A stretch of DNA of 64,000 nt from a virus (taxonomy: Duplodnaviria > Caudoviricetes). Below are positions 1 to 9,363 of the stretch, in pieces. The stretch lies in IMG/VR virus record IMGVR_UViG_3300010340_000989, positions 64,001-128,000 of that record; one strand, given 5' to 3'. Numbering within the stretch: position 1 is the first letter of the stretch; each line of letters opens with the position of its first letter. Position numbers and translations under genes: made by a program. The notes under the pieces were generated by a model. The model did not search any database. It was not told the DNA's origin and saw only the letters and a program-made list of their open reading frames with translations.

Positions 1-45
1 TTTTGATTCTAAAATAATTTGATTGAATGATTTAATATATTTCAT
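1..45 (-). CDS. 5' end of a gene running off the window (MKYIKSFNQIILESK...), carrying the N-terminal leader motif
   Basis: Hand translation from ATG at 45; TAATATATA motif upstream at 65-73. Confidence 0.7.
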   Translation of the reverse strand, partial: MKYIKSFNQIILESK

Positions 46-83
46 ATAAATTTGATTTTTATTATATATATTAACCTAATTAT

Positions 84-242
84 TTAATAATGTGAAATAT
101 TTGTTTCTTTAGAAACCACCCAAGATATTTCAGAATTTGTTATCTTAGCTGAGATAAATTCTGAAACATTTGATTCATCCTTTGAACAAGAATTAAATAA
201 GCACATCATTAGTGCCATCATCATAATTTTAATTGTTTTCAT
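84..242 (-). CDS. small putative lipoprotein (52 aa), below the ORF-track cutoff
   Basis: Hand translation MKTIKIMMMALMMCLFNSC-SKDES...; signal peptide with lipobox-like FNSC. Confidence 0.5.
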   Translation of the reverse strand: MKTIKIMMMALMMCLFNSCSKDESNVSEFISAKITNSEISWVVSKETNISHY

Positions 243-256
243 AATTTATTTTTTAA

Positions 257-496
257 TTACCAAACAATATAACCACCAAAATCACCATATAGACAAAGGT
301 TATTTTTAAGTGTATCAAATTCTGTCTTTTTTAGAAAAACTACTTTTACATTATCAGAACAATTATTCTCCAAATTTACACTAAAATTAACAGAGTCTCT
401 TGTTAAGACACTACCACAATTACAAGGTTCTTGTTCTTTATTACAAGATGATAAAATCAAAGCAATAAAGAACATAAAAAGATATTTTTTTTTCAT
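257..496 (-). CDS. small Cys-rich lipoprotein
   Basis: MKKK, hydrophobic stretch and LSSC lipobox; four further Cys. Confidence 0.7.
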   Translation of the reverse strand: MKKKYLFMFFIALILSSCNKEQEPCNCGSVLTRDSVNFSVNLENNCSDNVKVVFLKKTEFDTLKNNLCLYGDFGGYIVW

Positions 497-518
497 TTTT
501 AGTTTTAAAAGTTAAATA

Positions 519-566
519 CAAATGTAGATAATAAATATGAAAATACCAAATTTATTATCTACATTT
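519..566 (-). promoter_or_regulatory. Bacteroidota-type promoter (TTTG-N20-TACATTTG) overlapped by a 17-bp perfect inverted repeat
   Basis: caaatgta 519-526 and caaa 547-550 on +; arms aaatgtagataataaat 520-536 and atttattatctacattt 550-566. Confidence 0.6.
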
Positions 567-598
567 ATTATTAACCCTATCCAGAATTAAATATCTTC

Positions 599-1027
599 TT
601 AGAAATTAAATATCAATTCTTCTCCTGTTATAAAATAGAAAAGATTTTGAAGATGATCTACGGTATCTATCTTAGTTGAGTAAATATCACCACCGAAGAA
701 AAATGATGTTATTTCTTCTAAATCAAAATATCCATCAGACCATTCTTTACGCCAAATATTATTACCCTCCTTGGTGACATCAACAATTTTAAATCCAAAT
801 TTAATCAACCACTCATGTTCAAGCGGTATTGAGAAGTAATTATCCTTAAAAAACCATTCAAATGATTCACTAGTTTCAACTTCTACTTGTTCAAAATCTA
901 CTCCTAATGAGGAAATTGATATAACCTTACCAATTGTCCAAGTTTCCCTATTTTTAGGGTTTCCACTACTTGCTATTAGATTTCCAATTCTGATCTTATC
1001 AGAAGTAAGTTTTTTTAATGTCTCCAT
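599..1027 (-). CDS. hypothetical protein of a common Bacteroidota-phage type (RIGNL...IPL..EWL.KFGF...HLQNLFY..TGEEL)
   Basis: ORF track; motif pattern recalled. Confidence 0.6.
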   Translation of the reverse strand: METLKKLTSDKIRIGNLIASSGNPKNRETWTIGKVISISSLGVDFEQVEVETSESFEWFFKDNYFSIPLEHEWLIKFGFKIVDVTKEGNNIWRKEWSDGYFDLEEITSFFFGGDIYSTKIDTVDHLQNLFYFITGEELIFNF

Positions 1028-1030
1028 AAA

Positions 1031-1387
1031 TTAAAAAAATGATATGATAATTGTTGCAACAATTGTTGAAACAATTGGAATAATTAAATACCAAAAATAT
1101 TTTACTAACCATTTTCTCATAAATTTAAATACTTTATTTTCCAATTTATAACCACCTTTAGATATAAATTCACGGCCACTATGTTCTATCATGCCAGAAT
1201 ATTTATTATGATTAGTTCTTTTTATATACCCATCACTTACTAAAATATCGAAGTAGTATTTTGATTCGTTTATACTATTAATATCTGTTACATTTTTCCC
1301 ATATAAAGCTATATTTGATGCAACTTGCCCTCCCTTTTTAAAGCATTTTAACATAATATTTAGATTTTCACAATCTTTTTCACTCAT
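1031..1387 (-). CDS. hypothetical protein with C-terminal TM helix
   Basis: Hydrophobic C-terminus YLIIPIVSTIVATIIISFF. Confidence 0.6.
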   Translation of the reverse strand: MSEKDCENLNIMLKCFKKGGQVASNIALYGKNVTDINSINESKYYFDILVSDGYIKRTNHNKYSGMIEHSGREFISKGGYKLENKVFKFMRKWLVKYFWYLIIPIVSTIVATIIISFF

Positions 1388-1493
1388 AATTTAATTATTT
1401 ATTTTTAGTCAAATTTCTCTGATAATGTATATAATACAAATCTTTAACTTCCAAAAAAATAATAATCACTTTTATTACGAATTTTGAAAATTA

Positions 1494-2654
1494 TTAATAC
1501 AAATTTTTAAAAGAATCTGGTAGATATATATTTTCTAGAGATTTTTGAGTAAAACACAATCTACCTCCAACTTTGAACCCTATTTCATTCCAATCTATAT
1601 TATTTAAATATTCGGTTGCCTTTTTTATATCCATATCAAATTTAGGAAATATTGCTAAAACAGACCCATCATAATATTTACAATCATTTATAAAAAAAGG
1701 AGTTTTATCTCTTGTTTTACAATTTACATAAATCCTTTCAGAATTACTCTCATATAACCCTCGACCCCACTGCCACCAGTTATTCTCATTAAAACTTTTA
1801 ATTCTCCTATTAATTAGTTTATCTTTAAAAATTAAAAGATCTTTATGATTTATGTTATAAAACATCTTTTTCAATTTACCCGTTTTATTTGTAAATGAAC
1901 AAACAAATGATTGATTACCATTATCACTTGTAAATATCTCATCCATACCACTCACAGCACCCACTTTTACAAAGAATAAATCGCTAAATTTTATCAAATT
2001 TTCAGTATTGTAAAAGCTAATTTGACCATCATTTATTCTAAAATCTTTAACACCATCATTTGTTTTAGTTTTTCTAGAGAAGTTATCCTTTTCAAACCTC
2101 CAAATAACAACGGTTGGACTATATCCTTTAAATACAATACTATCACCATATTCATACCAATCGGTTATTGTCCCATTCTCATATAAAAAATTGTTTAATT
2201 TTATAGACGATGTAGCTTTTATAAATTCCCTTGGTGTTATAAGGATCATTTCACCATTTTTATCTAAGTGTTCTATACACTTTCTTATGAAATGAATATA
2301 TAAATTTGTTCTATTATCATAAGAGTTTAAATATGACTTAGATTGTATTTTAGACAATGTATCTTTACTTATATTCTTAAAAGAGACATAAGGTGGATTG
2401 CCGATAATTGTTTTATATTTTATTTCTTCATCATAATCGAAAAAATCCATTATTATAAAATCTAGTTGATTATTATCCGGATCTATCTCAATAGATGTTA
2501 TATTTCTATTTGAATTATTTTTAATAAACTTTGTAAAAGCACCATCACCAGCAGAAGGTTCTAAAATATCTTCATTTTTATCTGATAACTCAAGCATTAA
2601 TTTAACTATATTTTCAGGAGTATAAACTTGTCCTAAATTTTTTATCTTATCCAT
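1494..2654 (-). CDS. N6-adenine DNA methyltransferase (gamma group, TaqI/Eco57I-like)
   Basis: GQVYTP, ILEPSAGDGAF (motif I) and IIGNPPY (motif IV); C-terminal target recognition region. Confidence 0.9.
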   Translation of the reverse strand: MDKIKNLGQVYTPENIVKLMLELSDKNEDILEPSAGDGAFTKFIKNNSNRNITSIEIDPDNNQLDFIIMDFFDYDEEIKYKTIIGNPPYVSFKNISKDTLSKIQSKSYLNSYDNRTNLYIHFIRKCIEHLDKNGEMILITPREFIKATSSIKLNNFLYENGTITDWYEYGDSIVFKGYSPTVVIWRFEKDNFSRKTKTNDGVKDFRINDGQISFYNTENLIKFSDLFFVKVGAVSGMDEIFTSDNGNQSFVCSFTNKTGKLKKMFYNINHKDLLIFKDKLINRRIKSFNENNWWQWGRGLYESNSERIYVNCKTRDKTPFFINDCKYYDGSVLAIFPKFDMDIKKATEYLNNIDWNEIGFKVGGRLCFTQKSLENIYLPDSFKNLY

Positions 2655-2878
2655 ATATAATATGTTTTTTATTATATATTAAAAATGTAAACTTAGTTTA
2701 CAATTTAGGAAATATACCAACCGATATTTGCCGCTTTTTAAAGAACTTTTATACATCTTTAATAGTTTGATAGTTGATAATTTATTTAATTCCTTATCAA
2801 TTTCAATTCCAGATAAATCTACTTTTTTATTTTCAGTTAGTAAAATACCACTTACATATCTATATTCAATACCATTAG

Positions 2879-3433
2879 ATAACTTCATTAGAATATTGTC
2901 CAAAAAATGTTGGTGGTAATTTTAATTGTTATAACAATAAATTAACTTCATTAGAAGGTTGTCCCATAAATGTTGGAGGAGATTTTGCTTGTGATCATAA
3001 TAAAATAACATCATTGGAAGGTTGTCCCATAAATGTTGGTGGTGATTTTGATTGTAGTGGAAATCAATTAACTTCATTAGAATATTGTCCAAAAAATGTT
3101 GGCGGTAATTTCAATTGTTATGACAATCAATTAACATCATTAGATGGGTGTCCTCAAGCTATCAAAGGAGATTTTGATTGTGATAATAATCAAATAACAG
3201 ATTTTAAAGGAATATCCGAATTCTTTGAAGGGAGTTTTAGTTGCTATGATAACCCGATATTCGAAATCTATGAATTATTTAATGAATCAGTGAGTTGTAT
3301 TCAATGGATTAATGAATTCGATGTAATTCAAGATGGTAATAAAGTTATTATGGATCGATTGGAAGAAGTATTTCACCAATTAGGTATGGAAATACCAGAA
3401 GAAATAGAATTTGAGAATTATGAAATCATTTAA
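2879..3433 (+). pseudogene. 5'-truncated 21-aa LRR-like repeat protein (LTSLEGCPxxVGGxFxCxxNx, about 6 copies)
   Basis: Repeats continue in frame upstream of the TTG at 3014 to an in-frame TAG at 2876-2878; no ATG; 63-bp repeat units. Confidence 0.7.
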
Positions 3434-3630
3434 TCACAATAATTAGCACAATCCTCTTTATCAAGATAGACTTTTTTACCTTGCTTTAAATAATAACATT
3501 CTCCAGATCGTTCTAACTTTAAATCTCCCTTTGTATAAAGTCTACAATCTGTTTCTCTTTTACTACAACTAACAAATAGTAGTAAAAATATTGTAAGTAT
3601 AAATTTATTCATTTTACCAAATTTTATCAT
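3430..3630 (-). CDS. small Cys-rich lipoprotein
   Basis: LLLFVSC lipobox; probable start MNKFIL. Confidence 0.65.
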   Translation of the reverse strand: MIKFGKMNKFILTIFLLLFVSCSKRETDCRLYTKGDLKLERSGECYYLKQGKKVYLDKEDCANYCD

Positions 3631-4315
3631 TTCTTAATCTTAATTCTTTAAAAATATCTTGACCAGTTTTAACCCATTGGTTCCAATTCATTCTGAGTTC
3701 AGCCTGATTAAATCCCAAAGCGCTTCCATTATTCCTTGTTACAAAAGACATAATACTTTCAGCACCTATTGAATGATGGTTATATTCGTTTTCACCACAC
3801 CCACAAGCCGTTGAACGACCATTATTGAACTCCCAAACCAATGGAATTAGTCCACAATCTTTGCAAGGCAACCACCATTGAGGATCTCCAACTTTAACAT
3901 AAGCGGGAATAGCTTTATATTTCTTACGATACTCAATCCATATATTCTTATATTCAATCTCTTCTTTCTTTTTCTCTAAGTTTTTAAGATAAGTTATGTC
4001 CGTAGCAATAAACAAGAGCATTGGATTATTGAATAATTCTTTATCTGGAATAGAATTTATAAATTCATCTCTAGTTAATTCTATAATTCTCCGATTTGGT
4101 TTATTTTTTATATGATGTAAAGCAGATCCTTTATCTTTCCAAAACTTGGCACAATAAATATACTCAGTTGATCTAGTTGGATTATGATAAACCAAATTTA
4201 CAGGATCACCAAATAACTCTGATAGTTTATTATCACGAGCAACTGATTTATCTTCTATTACTACACAATAAAAGGTATCTCTTTTACCAAGATAGATATC
4301 TATACTATTCATCAT
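3614..4315 (-). CDS. hypothetical protein with C-terminal Zn-ribbon-like region and an internal RDNKLSELF motif
   Basis: PCKDCG...ACGCG. Confidence 0.6.
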   Translation of the reverse strand: MMNSIDIYLGKRDTFYCVVIEDKSVARDNKLSELFGDPVNLVYHNPTRSTEYIYCAKFWKDKGSALHHIKNKPNRRIIELTRDEFINSIPDKELFNNPMLLFIATDITYLKNLEKKKEEIEYKNIWIEYRKKYKAIPAYVKVGDPQWWLPCKDCGLIPLVWEFNNGRSTACGCGENEYNHHSIGAESIMSFVTRNNGSALGFNQAELRMNWNQWVKTGQDIFKELRLRNDKIW

Positions 4316-4515
4316 TCTTCTAGTTTTTGAATTAAAGGTATATCTGATCCAATTGGTATTAGAACTCTATAAGTAACACCATCGATAGAATATTCTTCTC
4401 TCATAACGTGTAACGAATTACCAACACTTGTAGGTTCATATTTTGAAAAATCAATTTGACAATCAATAACATCTACCCAATTTTTGGTAAATTGTTCAAG
4501 CCATTTATTGTTCAT
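4312..4515 (-). CDS. hypothetical protein
   Basis: ORF coupled to its neighbours. Confidence 0.55.
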   Translation of the reverse strand: MNNKWLEQFTKNWVDVIDCQIDFSKYEPTSVGNSLHVMREEYSIDGVTYRVLIPIGSDIPLIQKLEE

Positions 4516-4517
4516 AA

Positions 4518-4787
4518 CTATTTAACTATCTTTTCTATTTTAAGATTTCTCAACTCTCTCTTATAAAAATCTGAAACATTGATAACACTTGGATCTGGAA
4601 TCTTCTTGGTTAGAATTCTAACAAGAATATCATCTGATAACCCAGTTATATCAAGACTAAACTTAGTTCGTTTAGATTTTTTAATGTGCAGAGTTGTTTC
4701 ATTCAGGTTATAGAACTTAATCTCTCCCGAATTTACCTTATTGTCTAATAAGGATTTAACTTTTGCTTTTATAAATATATTTTTCAT
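4518..4787 (-). CDS. hypothetical protein with C-terminal RxxK tag
   Basis: Ends RNLKIEKIVK; TATATTTG element at 4795-4802. Confidence 0.65.
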   Translation of the reverse strand: MKNIFIKAKVKSLLDNKVNSGEIKFYNLNETTLHIKKSKRTKFSLDITGLSDDILVRILTKKIPDPSVINVSDFYKRELRNLKIEKIVK

Positions 4788-4863
4788 CGAATTACAAATA
4801 TAAGGATTTTTTATTCCAAAAAAAAATATGATATGGAACTAACTTGATTACAATATATAATAT

Positions 4864-5748
4864 ATGAATAATTATTACATATATGTCTATTTAGACTCTA
4901 GAAAATCTGGTAAATTCATTTATCATGATATAGAATTTGATTTTGAACCATTCTATGTTGGAAAAGGAATAAATGATAGAATCAATAAAAGTATGTTTGA
5001 CTCTTTAAATAAATTAAAGTCAAATAAAGTCAATAAAATATTATCCGAGGGGTTTGAGATTATCTCAGTTAAAATATTTGAAAATTTATCAGAAATTGAG
5101 GCTTTTGATTTAGAGATAAGTATTATTAATAAAATAGGTAAATTTATATCAGGAAAAGGACCATTGACTAATATAAGTGACGGTGGATCGGGTGGAGACA
5201 ATATTAGCAATCATCCAAATTATGAGGTAATAATAGAAAAGATGTGTAATTCACAATCTGGAGAAAAAAATGGATTTTTTGGAAAAAAACATAGCATAGA
5301 AACTATAAAAAATCTTAGCAACTTAGGCAAAGAAAGAACTGGATTTAAAAATCCATTCTATGGAAAGAAACACTCAGATGAATCTAAGTCTTTGATTGCT
5401 GAAAAAAATAGGATTAATAATATTGGTGAGAGAAATCCTTTTTTTGGAAAGCAACATAAAGAAGAGACAAAAGATAAAATTAGAGAGCATAGAATTGGTA
5501 AAAAACTAAGCGATGATACTAGATTAAAAATAAGTGAATCTCTAAAAAAGTTAGATAAGTCTGGTCAAAAAAATCCAATGGCTACATTATATCAGATATT
5601 AAGTCCTAATAATGATATTATTGAAATAATTGGAATCATATCAATGAGAGATTTTTGCAAAGGAAAATTCAATTCAAACATCCTATTAAAAACTGGAAAC
5701 CACAATGGATATTCTTTAATAAAAAAAGTCAGGATTAACGAATCCTGA
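4864..5748 (+). mobile_element. free-standing GIY-YIG-like homing endonuclease with NUMOD3 repeats
   Basis: YIYVY...FYVGKG..R, LTNISDGG; three N(P/G)F(F/Y)GK(K/Q)H repeats. Confidence 0.85.
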
Positions 5749-5753
5749 CTTTT
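5724..5753. terminator. bidirectional hairpin between convergent genes
   Basis: aaaagtcaggatt-aacg-aatcctgactttt. Confidence 0.7.
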
Positions 5754-5771
5754 AAGTAGTTTTAAGTAACT

Positions 5772-6662
5772 TTAAATTAAGTTCTTAATTTTCATTGCTC
5801 TCAGGAGTCTTGTCATTCCTAAGCCGAAGCCCCATCTTTCAATGAAATTAAGTGCAAAGAAGTCTTCCAATTCTGCCTCAACTCTTTCTTCACCAAACTT
5901 ATCAAAAAGAATATCAGCATATTCTCCATTACTAATAGTGTGAAAGTTATTTCTCATTCTAACCACATCAGAATCTCTTTCAGCTGCTCCGATTGTTTCT
6001 TGTCCACAGATGATAAAATCACACTTAGCATATATATTCTCACCATGTTTGTTTTGACCAATTGATCTCATATTCCAAAATGGACTTGTTCGTTGTGGGA
6101 AGTGTGTTATAGCAACTACATCACCATATTCTTTCCACATCATTTCTTCGTGCTCGGACTCTAAAATAGAAACACCATATTTCTCACAAAGCTCATCATA
6201 AGTAAAAAACTTAATGTCTTTAATATCTTTAACAAATCCTAAATGAACACATAAGCTGGAAAGTGTGTGTAGTAGATTTTTATAATCTCCGGTATGTTCT
6301 GCCTCAAACATTGGGAATATTTTATTATGACGACCTTCAATTGGATTTGGTTCATCTCTATAAGATGTAGTCAAACAAAAAACTCCTTCAAGTTCTGGTT
6401 CCTTCATTAAATCGTGTTCTAAAAACATTTGATTTGTCTGTATCATCGGCCAATCTGTTCCGGAAAAATTATATTTTGTAATTGTTTTTGGATCCTCACA
6501 AGCTGCTAAAATTGAAACTCTAGGTTGAGGAAAAGTTTCCTTAAAATTTCTAGACAAAAAAAATCCTCTTAACTTTTGTGTCATTCTGTCAAAGTCAAGA
6601 GGTTTAATCATTGGTTGATTGTAGGGTCTGATGTGTGTCTTTTCTTTCTTTTCTGTAATCAT
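5772..6662 (-). CDS. class IIb aminoacyl-tRNA synthetase catalytic-domain-only protein (AsnRS/AspRS-like)
   Basis: Motif 2 YRDE...RH..FPMFE; ETIGAAER; motif 3 GFGLGMTRL; no N-terminal OB fold. Confidence 0.8.
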   Translation of the reverse strand: MITEKKEKTHIRPYNQPMIKPLDFDRMTQKLRGFFLSRNFKETFPQPRVSILAACEDPKTITKYNFSGTDWPMIQTNQMFLEHDLMKEPELEGVFCLTTSYRDEPNPIEGRHNKIFPMFEAEHTGDYKNLLHTLSSLCVHLGFVKDIKDIKFFTYDELCEKYGVSILESEHEEMMWKEYGDVVAITHFPQRTSPFWNMRSIGQNKHGENIYAKCDFIICGQETIGAAERDSDVVRMRNNFHTISNGEYADILFDKFGEERVEAELEDFFALNFIERWGFGLGMTRLLRAMKIKNLI

Positions 6663-6707
6663 AATAGTTGTTTATCTTTTTATATATAAACAAAAATAAA
6701 AGTTTTA

Positions 6708-7547
6708 ATGTTTTTGAAAAAATTTGAAAATTTTGATAACAATTTTTGTGTATATATTTTTTTAAACCCATCTAAACCAGGTGAGTATAAATATGACGAA
6801 TATAAATTTGATTTTGAACCAATATACGTTGGAAAAGGTAGGAGTAATAGGCCAAAAAATCATATTTATAAATTTAAAAATGGTAGAACATATTTTTATA
6901 AAAAATTGATCAATTTGGTTGGCTCTGGATATGATCCTTTATGGATAATTATTAGAAATAATTTAACCGAAAAAGAGGCATTCGATGAAGAAATTAGATT
7001 AATTAAATTAATAGGTAGAAAAAATACAGGAGGTAGTTTATCAAATCTAACAGATGGTGGTGAAGGTCAAACAGGATATAAACATAGAGAAGAGAGTAAA
7101 TTAAAAACATCAAATAGTCTAAAATCCAATACTGAGTGGGTTAATAAAATGAAATCAAAAGAACATAGAGATAAACTAAGCAAATCTTTAATGGGACATG
7201 AGGGATATGGAAAAGGAATCGCGAGAAGTCAAGATGTGAAAGATAAAATAAGACTAAGTGTATCTGGTGATAAGAATCACTTTTTTGGAAAAACACACAC
7301 CGATGAATTAAAAAATAAACTTTCAATAAAAAATACCGGAAAAAATAATCCTAATTCTAAATTATATAGAATAGAACATAATGGTGAGATATTAACATTT
7401 GAAGGTAGATTGGAACTAAAAGAATATTTAAATAAATTTAATATTGATAATAATTTAAAGGGCCCTAATAGGGTTAGCTTTGATAATTTAATCAATCGTG
7501 GATACTCAAAAGATTTTAAACTATTATCTATTGATAAATTAAATTAA
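6708..7547 (+). mobile_element. free-standing GIY-YIG-like/NUMOD3 homing endonuclease, paralog of 4864..5748
   Basis: FDFEPIYVGKG..RP, LSNLTDGGEG, NHFFGKTH. Confidence 0.85.
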
Positions 7548-7560
7548 TAAAATTTTTAAC

Positions 7561-7782
7561 TTAAAAATGACCATTATATTCAATATATTCCTCCTCTGAA
7601 ATCTCACAAGTATTTATGATAACGAAGTTATAATAACTCCTACTCCCATTTTCTTCTACTTCTGAAACTTGTTTAATAAATTTCATTGGACTGCCCTTAA
7701 TAACCTGATTCCATAGTGATGGATGTTCATGTATAGAAGACCTTCTTGACTTTGCTTGATAAGTGATAAAATAATATTTCAT
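7561..7782 (-). CDS. hypothetical protein
   Basis: ORF in operon. Confidence 0.55.
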   Translation of the reverse strand: MKYYFITYQAKSRRSSIHEHPSLWNQVIKGSPMKFIKQVSEVEENGSRSYYNFVIINTCEISEEEYIEYNGHF

Positions 7783-8108
7783 TTTAATAATAAATTAATT
7801 TTCAAATTTCTAATTATTTGTTTATAAAAGTTGTGAGATTTATCAGTTGAAAAAAAGGTCTTTGCATTTCCAGGTACCCAAAGAGGATCTGATGATATTT
7901 TATATTTATCATTAAGATAATGTGTGAATGATACCATATCACCCATTTTATGGGTTTCAAGAACTTCTAACATTTCTTTATAATGTGGTAACTTATCAAA
8001 ACCACCAACCACATTAATTAAATGTGATTCATCTATAACTAGAAAGTTATAAACTGATTGTGAACATTCTAAAATTTCTAAGTCAGTTGCTGAGGTTGAT
8101 ATTGTCAT
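7779..8108 (-). CDS. hypothetical protein with C-terminal RxxK tag
   Basis: Ends RNLKINLLLK. Confidence 0.65.
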   Translation of the reverse strand: MTISTSATDLEILECSQSVYNFLVIDESHLINVVGGFDKLPHYKEMLEVLETHKMGDMVSFTHYLNDKYKISSDPLWVPGNAKTFFSTDKSHNFYKQIIRNLKINLLLK

Positions 8109-8440
8109 TATCGTATTAAATAAACAAATCCACTCTTCGATTTGATAAATTTATCAGTTGTGAATTTATATTGAACTTTATAAACGAAACTCTTAGTAGA
8201 ATAGTAATAATCATAACCACCTAACCATTTATCACAAATATTATTAGTAGTAAATACCATTTTACCATCACTACTAAATATTCTTAATTCATAATATGAA
8301 AGTGTATCTGTTTCAGAACAGAAAGCACCAAAATGATCATTCACTCCATCATTATTTGGAGTGAATGAATTCGGAATAAAAATTTCCTGAGAATATGATA
8401 AGGTTGATAGTAATAAGAAGAATATCAATAAGTATCTCAT
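8108..8440 (-). CDS. signal peptide plus stand-alone T9SS type-B (gliding-motility-associated) C-terminal domain
   Basis: IPNSFTPNNDGVNDHF...LRIF..DGKMVF...W.G...YKV...GFVYLIR. Confidence 0.85.
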   Translation of the reverse strand: MRYLLIFFLLLSTLSYSQEIFIPNSFTPNNDGVNDHFGAFCSETDTLSYYELRIFSSDGKMVFTTNNICDKWLGGYDYYYSTKSFVYKVQYKFTTDKFIKSKSGFVYLIR

Positions 8441-9012
8441 TTTCCTTCTTCCATTTTACTAATTTTATCTCTTAATTCAGCAGCAACCTCATACTCTTCA
8501 TTTGAAATTGCGTCTTCCATCATTCTACGAAGATCATCAACTGACATAAGATTTTCTTTCTTTTTAGTCTTTTTCTTTGGTTTATCAGGAACCACATTTC
8601 CAGTATCATCTGTTTGTATACCACAAGATGCAAGTACATCTTCTGTTACATATAATGGACAATCAAATGTTAGTGCCAAGGCTAAAGCATCACCAACGGT
8701 GGTTTCAATTTCCAAATCATCTACTCCGTTATTTGTCGATATACGTGAATAAAAAACGCCTTCTAATACTTGATAAATACAAGCTTCTTGACAATCAATT
8801 CTATAACCATCAGCAAGTATTTTAAATACATCATGGGTTAATGGTCGAGGCATTTTCAATGATTCAATTTTTATTGCTATTGTTTGAGCATCTTGAGCCT
8901 TGATAACGATTGGCAATTTTCTATGTCCGTTTACTTCTGATAAAACAACAACATAAGCATTAGGTTGACTTTGTGAATATGAAAGTCCTATTATTTTTAC
9001 TTCTCTTTTCAT
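8437..9012 (-). CDS. bifunctional nuclease family (DUF151) protein with C-terminal UVR domain
   Basis: RKLPIVI...A..IA, PRPLTHD, DALALA..FDCP, A...EEYE.AAELRDKI. Confidence 0.9.
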   Translation of the reverse strand: MKREVKIIGLSYSQSQPNAYVVVLSEVNGHRKLPIVIKAQDAQTIAIKIESLKMPRPLTHDVFKILADGYRIDCQEACIYQVLEGVFYSRISTNNGVDDLEIETTVGDALALALTFDCPLYVTEDVLASCGIQTDDTGNVVPDKPKKKTKKKENLMSVDDLRRMMEDAISNEEYEVAAELRDKISKMEEGK

Positions 9013-9287
9013 TTTAATATTGAGTTAATTTGGAAAAACCGTTGATATGAAATATCACAAGCTAAATTTTCACGTATCAAATATAATAATTCTATATTAG
9101 AAACCAATCTTTTTTTATAATAATATTTTCTTTTTTTAGAAAAATCTACAATTATAAATTCATATTCATTATATTTTTTGTTTTTTTTAAGTTTAGAATC
9201 ATGAGATATTTCTTTTATAGCAAAAAACATATTCCTTTCCTGTGAAAGGAATATGTGTTTTATTCCATTAATATCATCATTATTCAA
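9009..9287 (-). CDS. hypothetical protein with a degenerate C-terminal tag
   Basis: Ends RFFQINSILK. Confidence 0.55.
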   Translation of the reverse strand: MNNDDINGIKHIFLSQERNMFFAIKEISHDSKLKKNKKYNEYEFIIVDFSKKRKYYYKKRLVSNIELLYLIRENLACDISYQRFFQINSILK

Positions 9288-9363
9288 TATATTAAATATT
9301 ATACTATAATTGTATGAATAATCAATCCCATTTTTTTTAATAAAATTAGATTAATTTCAAACA

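Noticed and set aside
1494-2654. Complete type II restriction-modification operon
   Set aside because: No adjacent endonuclease gene is recognisable; treated as an orphan methyltransferase
2879-3250. Possible DGR template/variable repeat pair
   Set aside because: Differences between units are not confined to adenines, the units are tandem in-frame protein repeats, and no reverse transcriptase is present in the window
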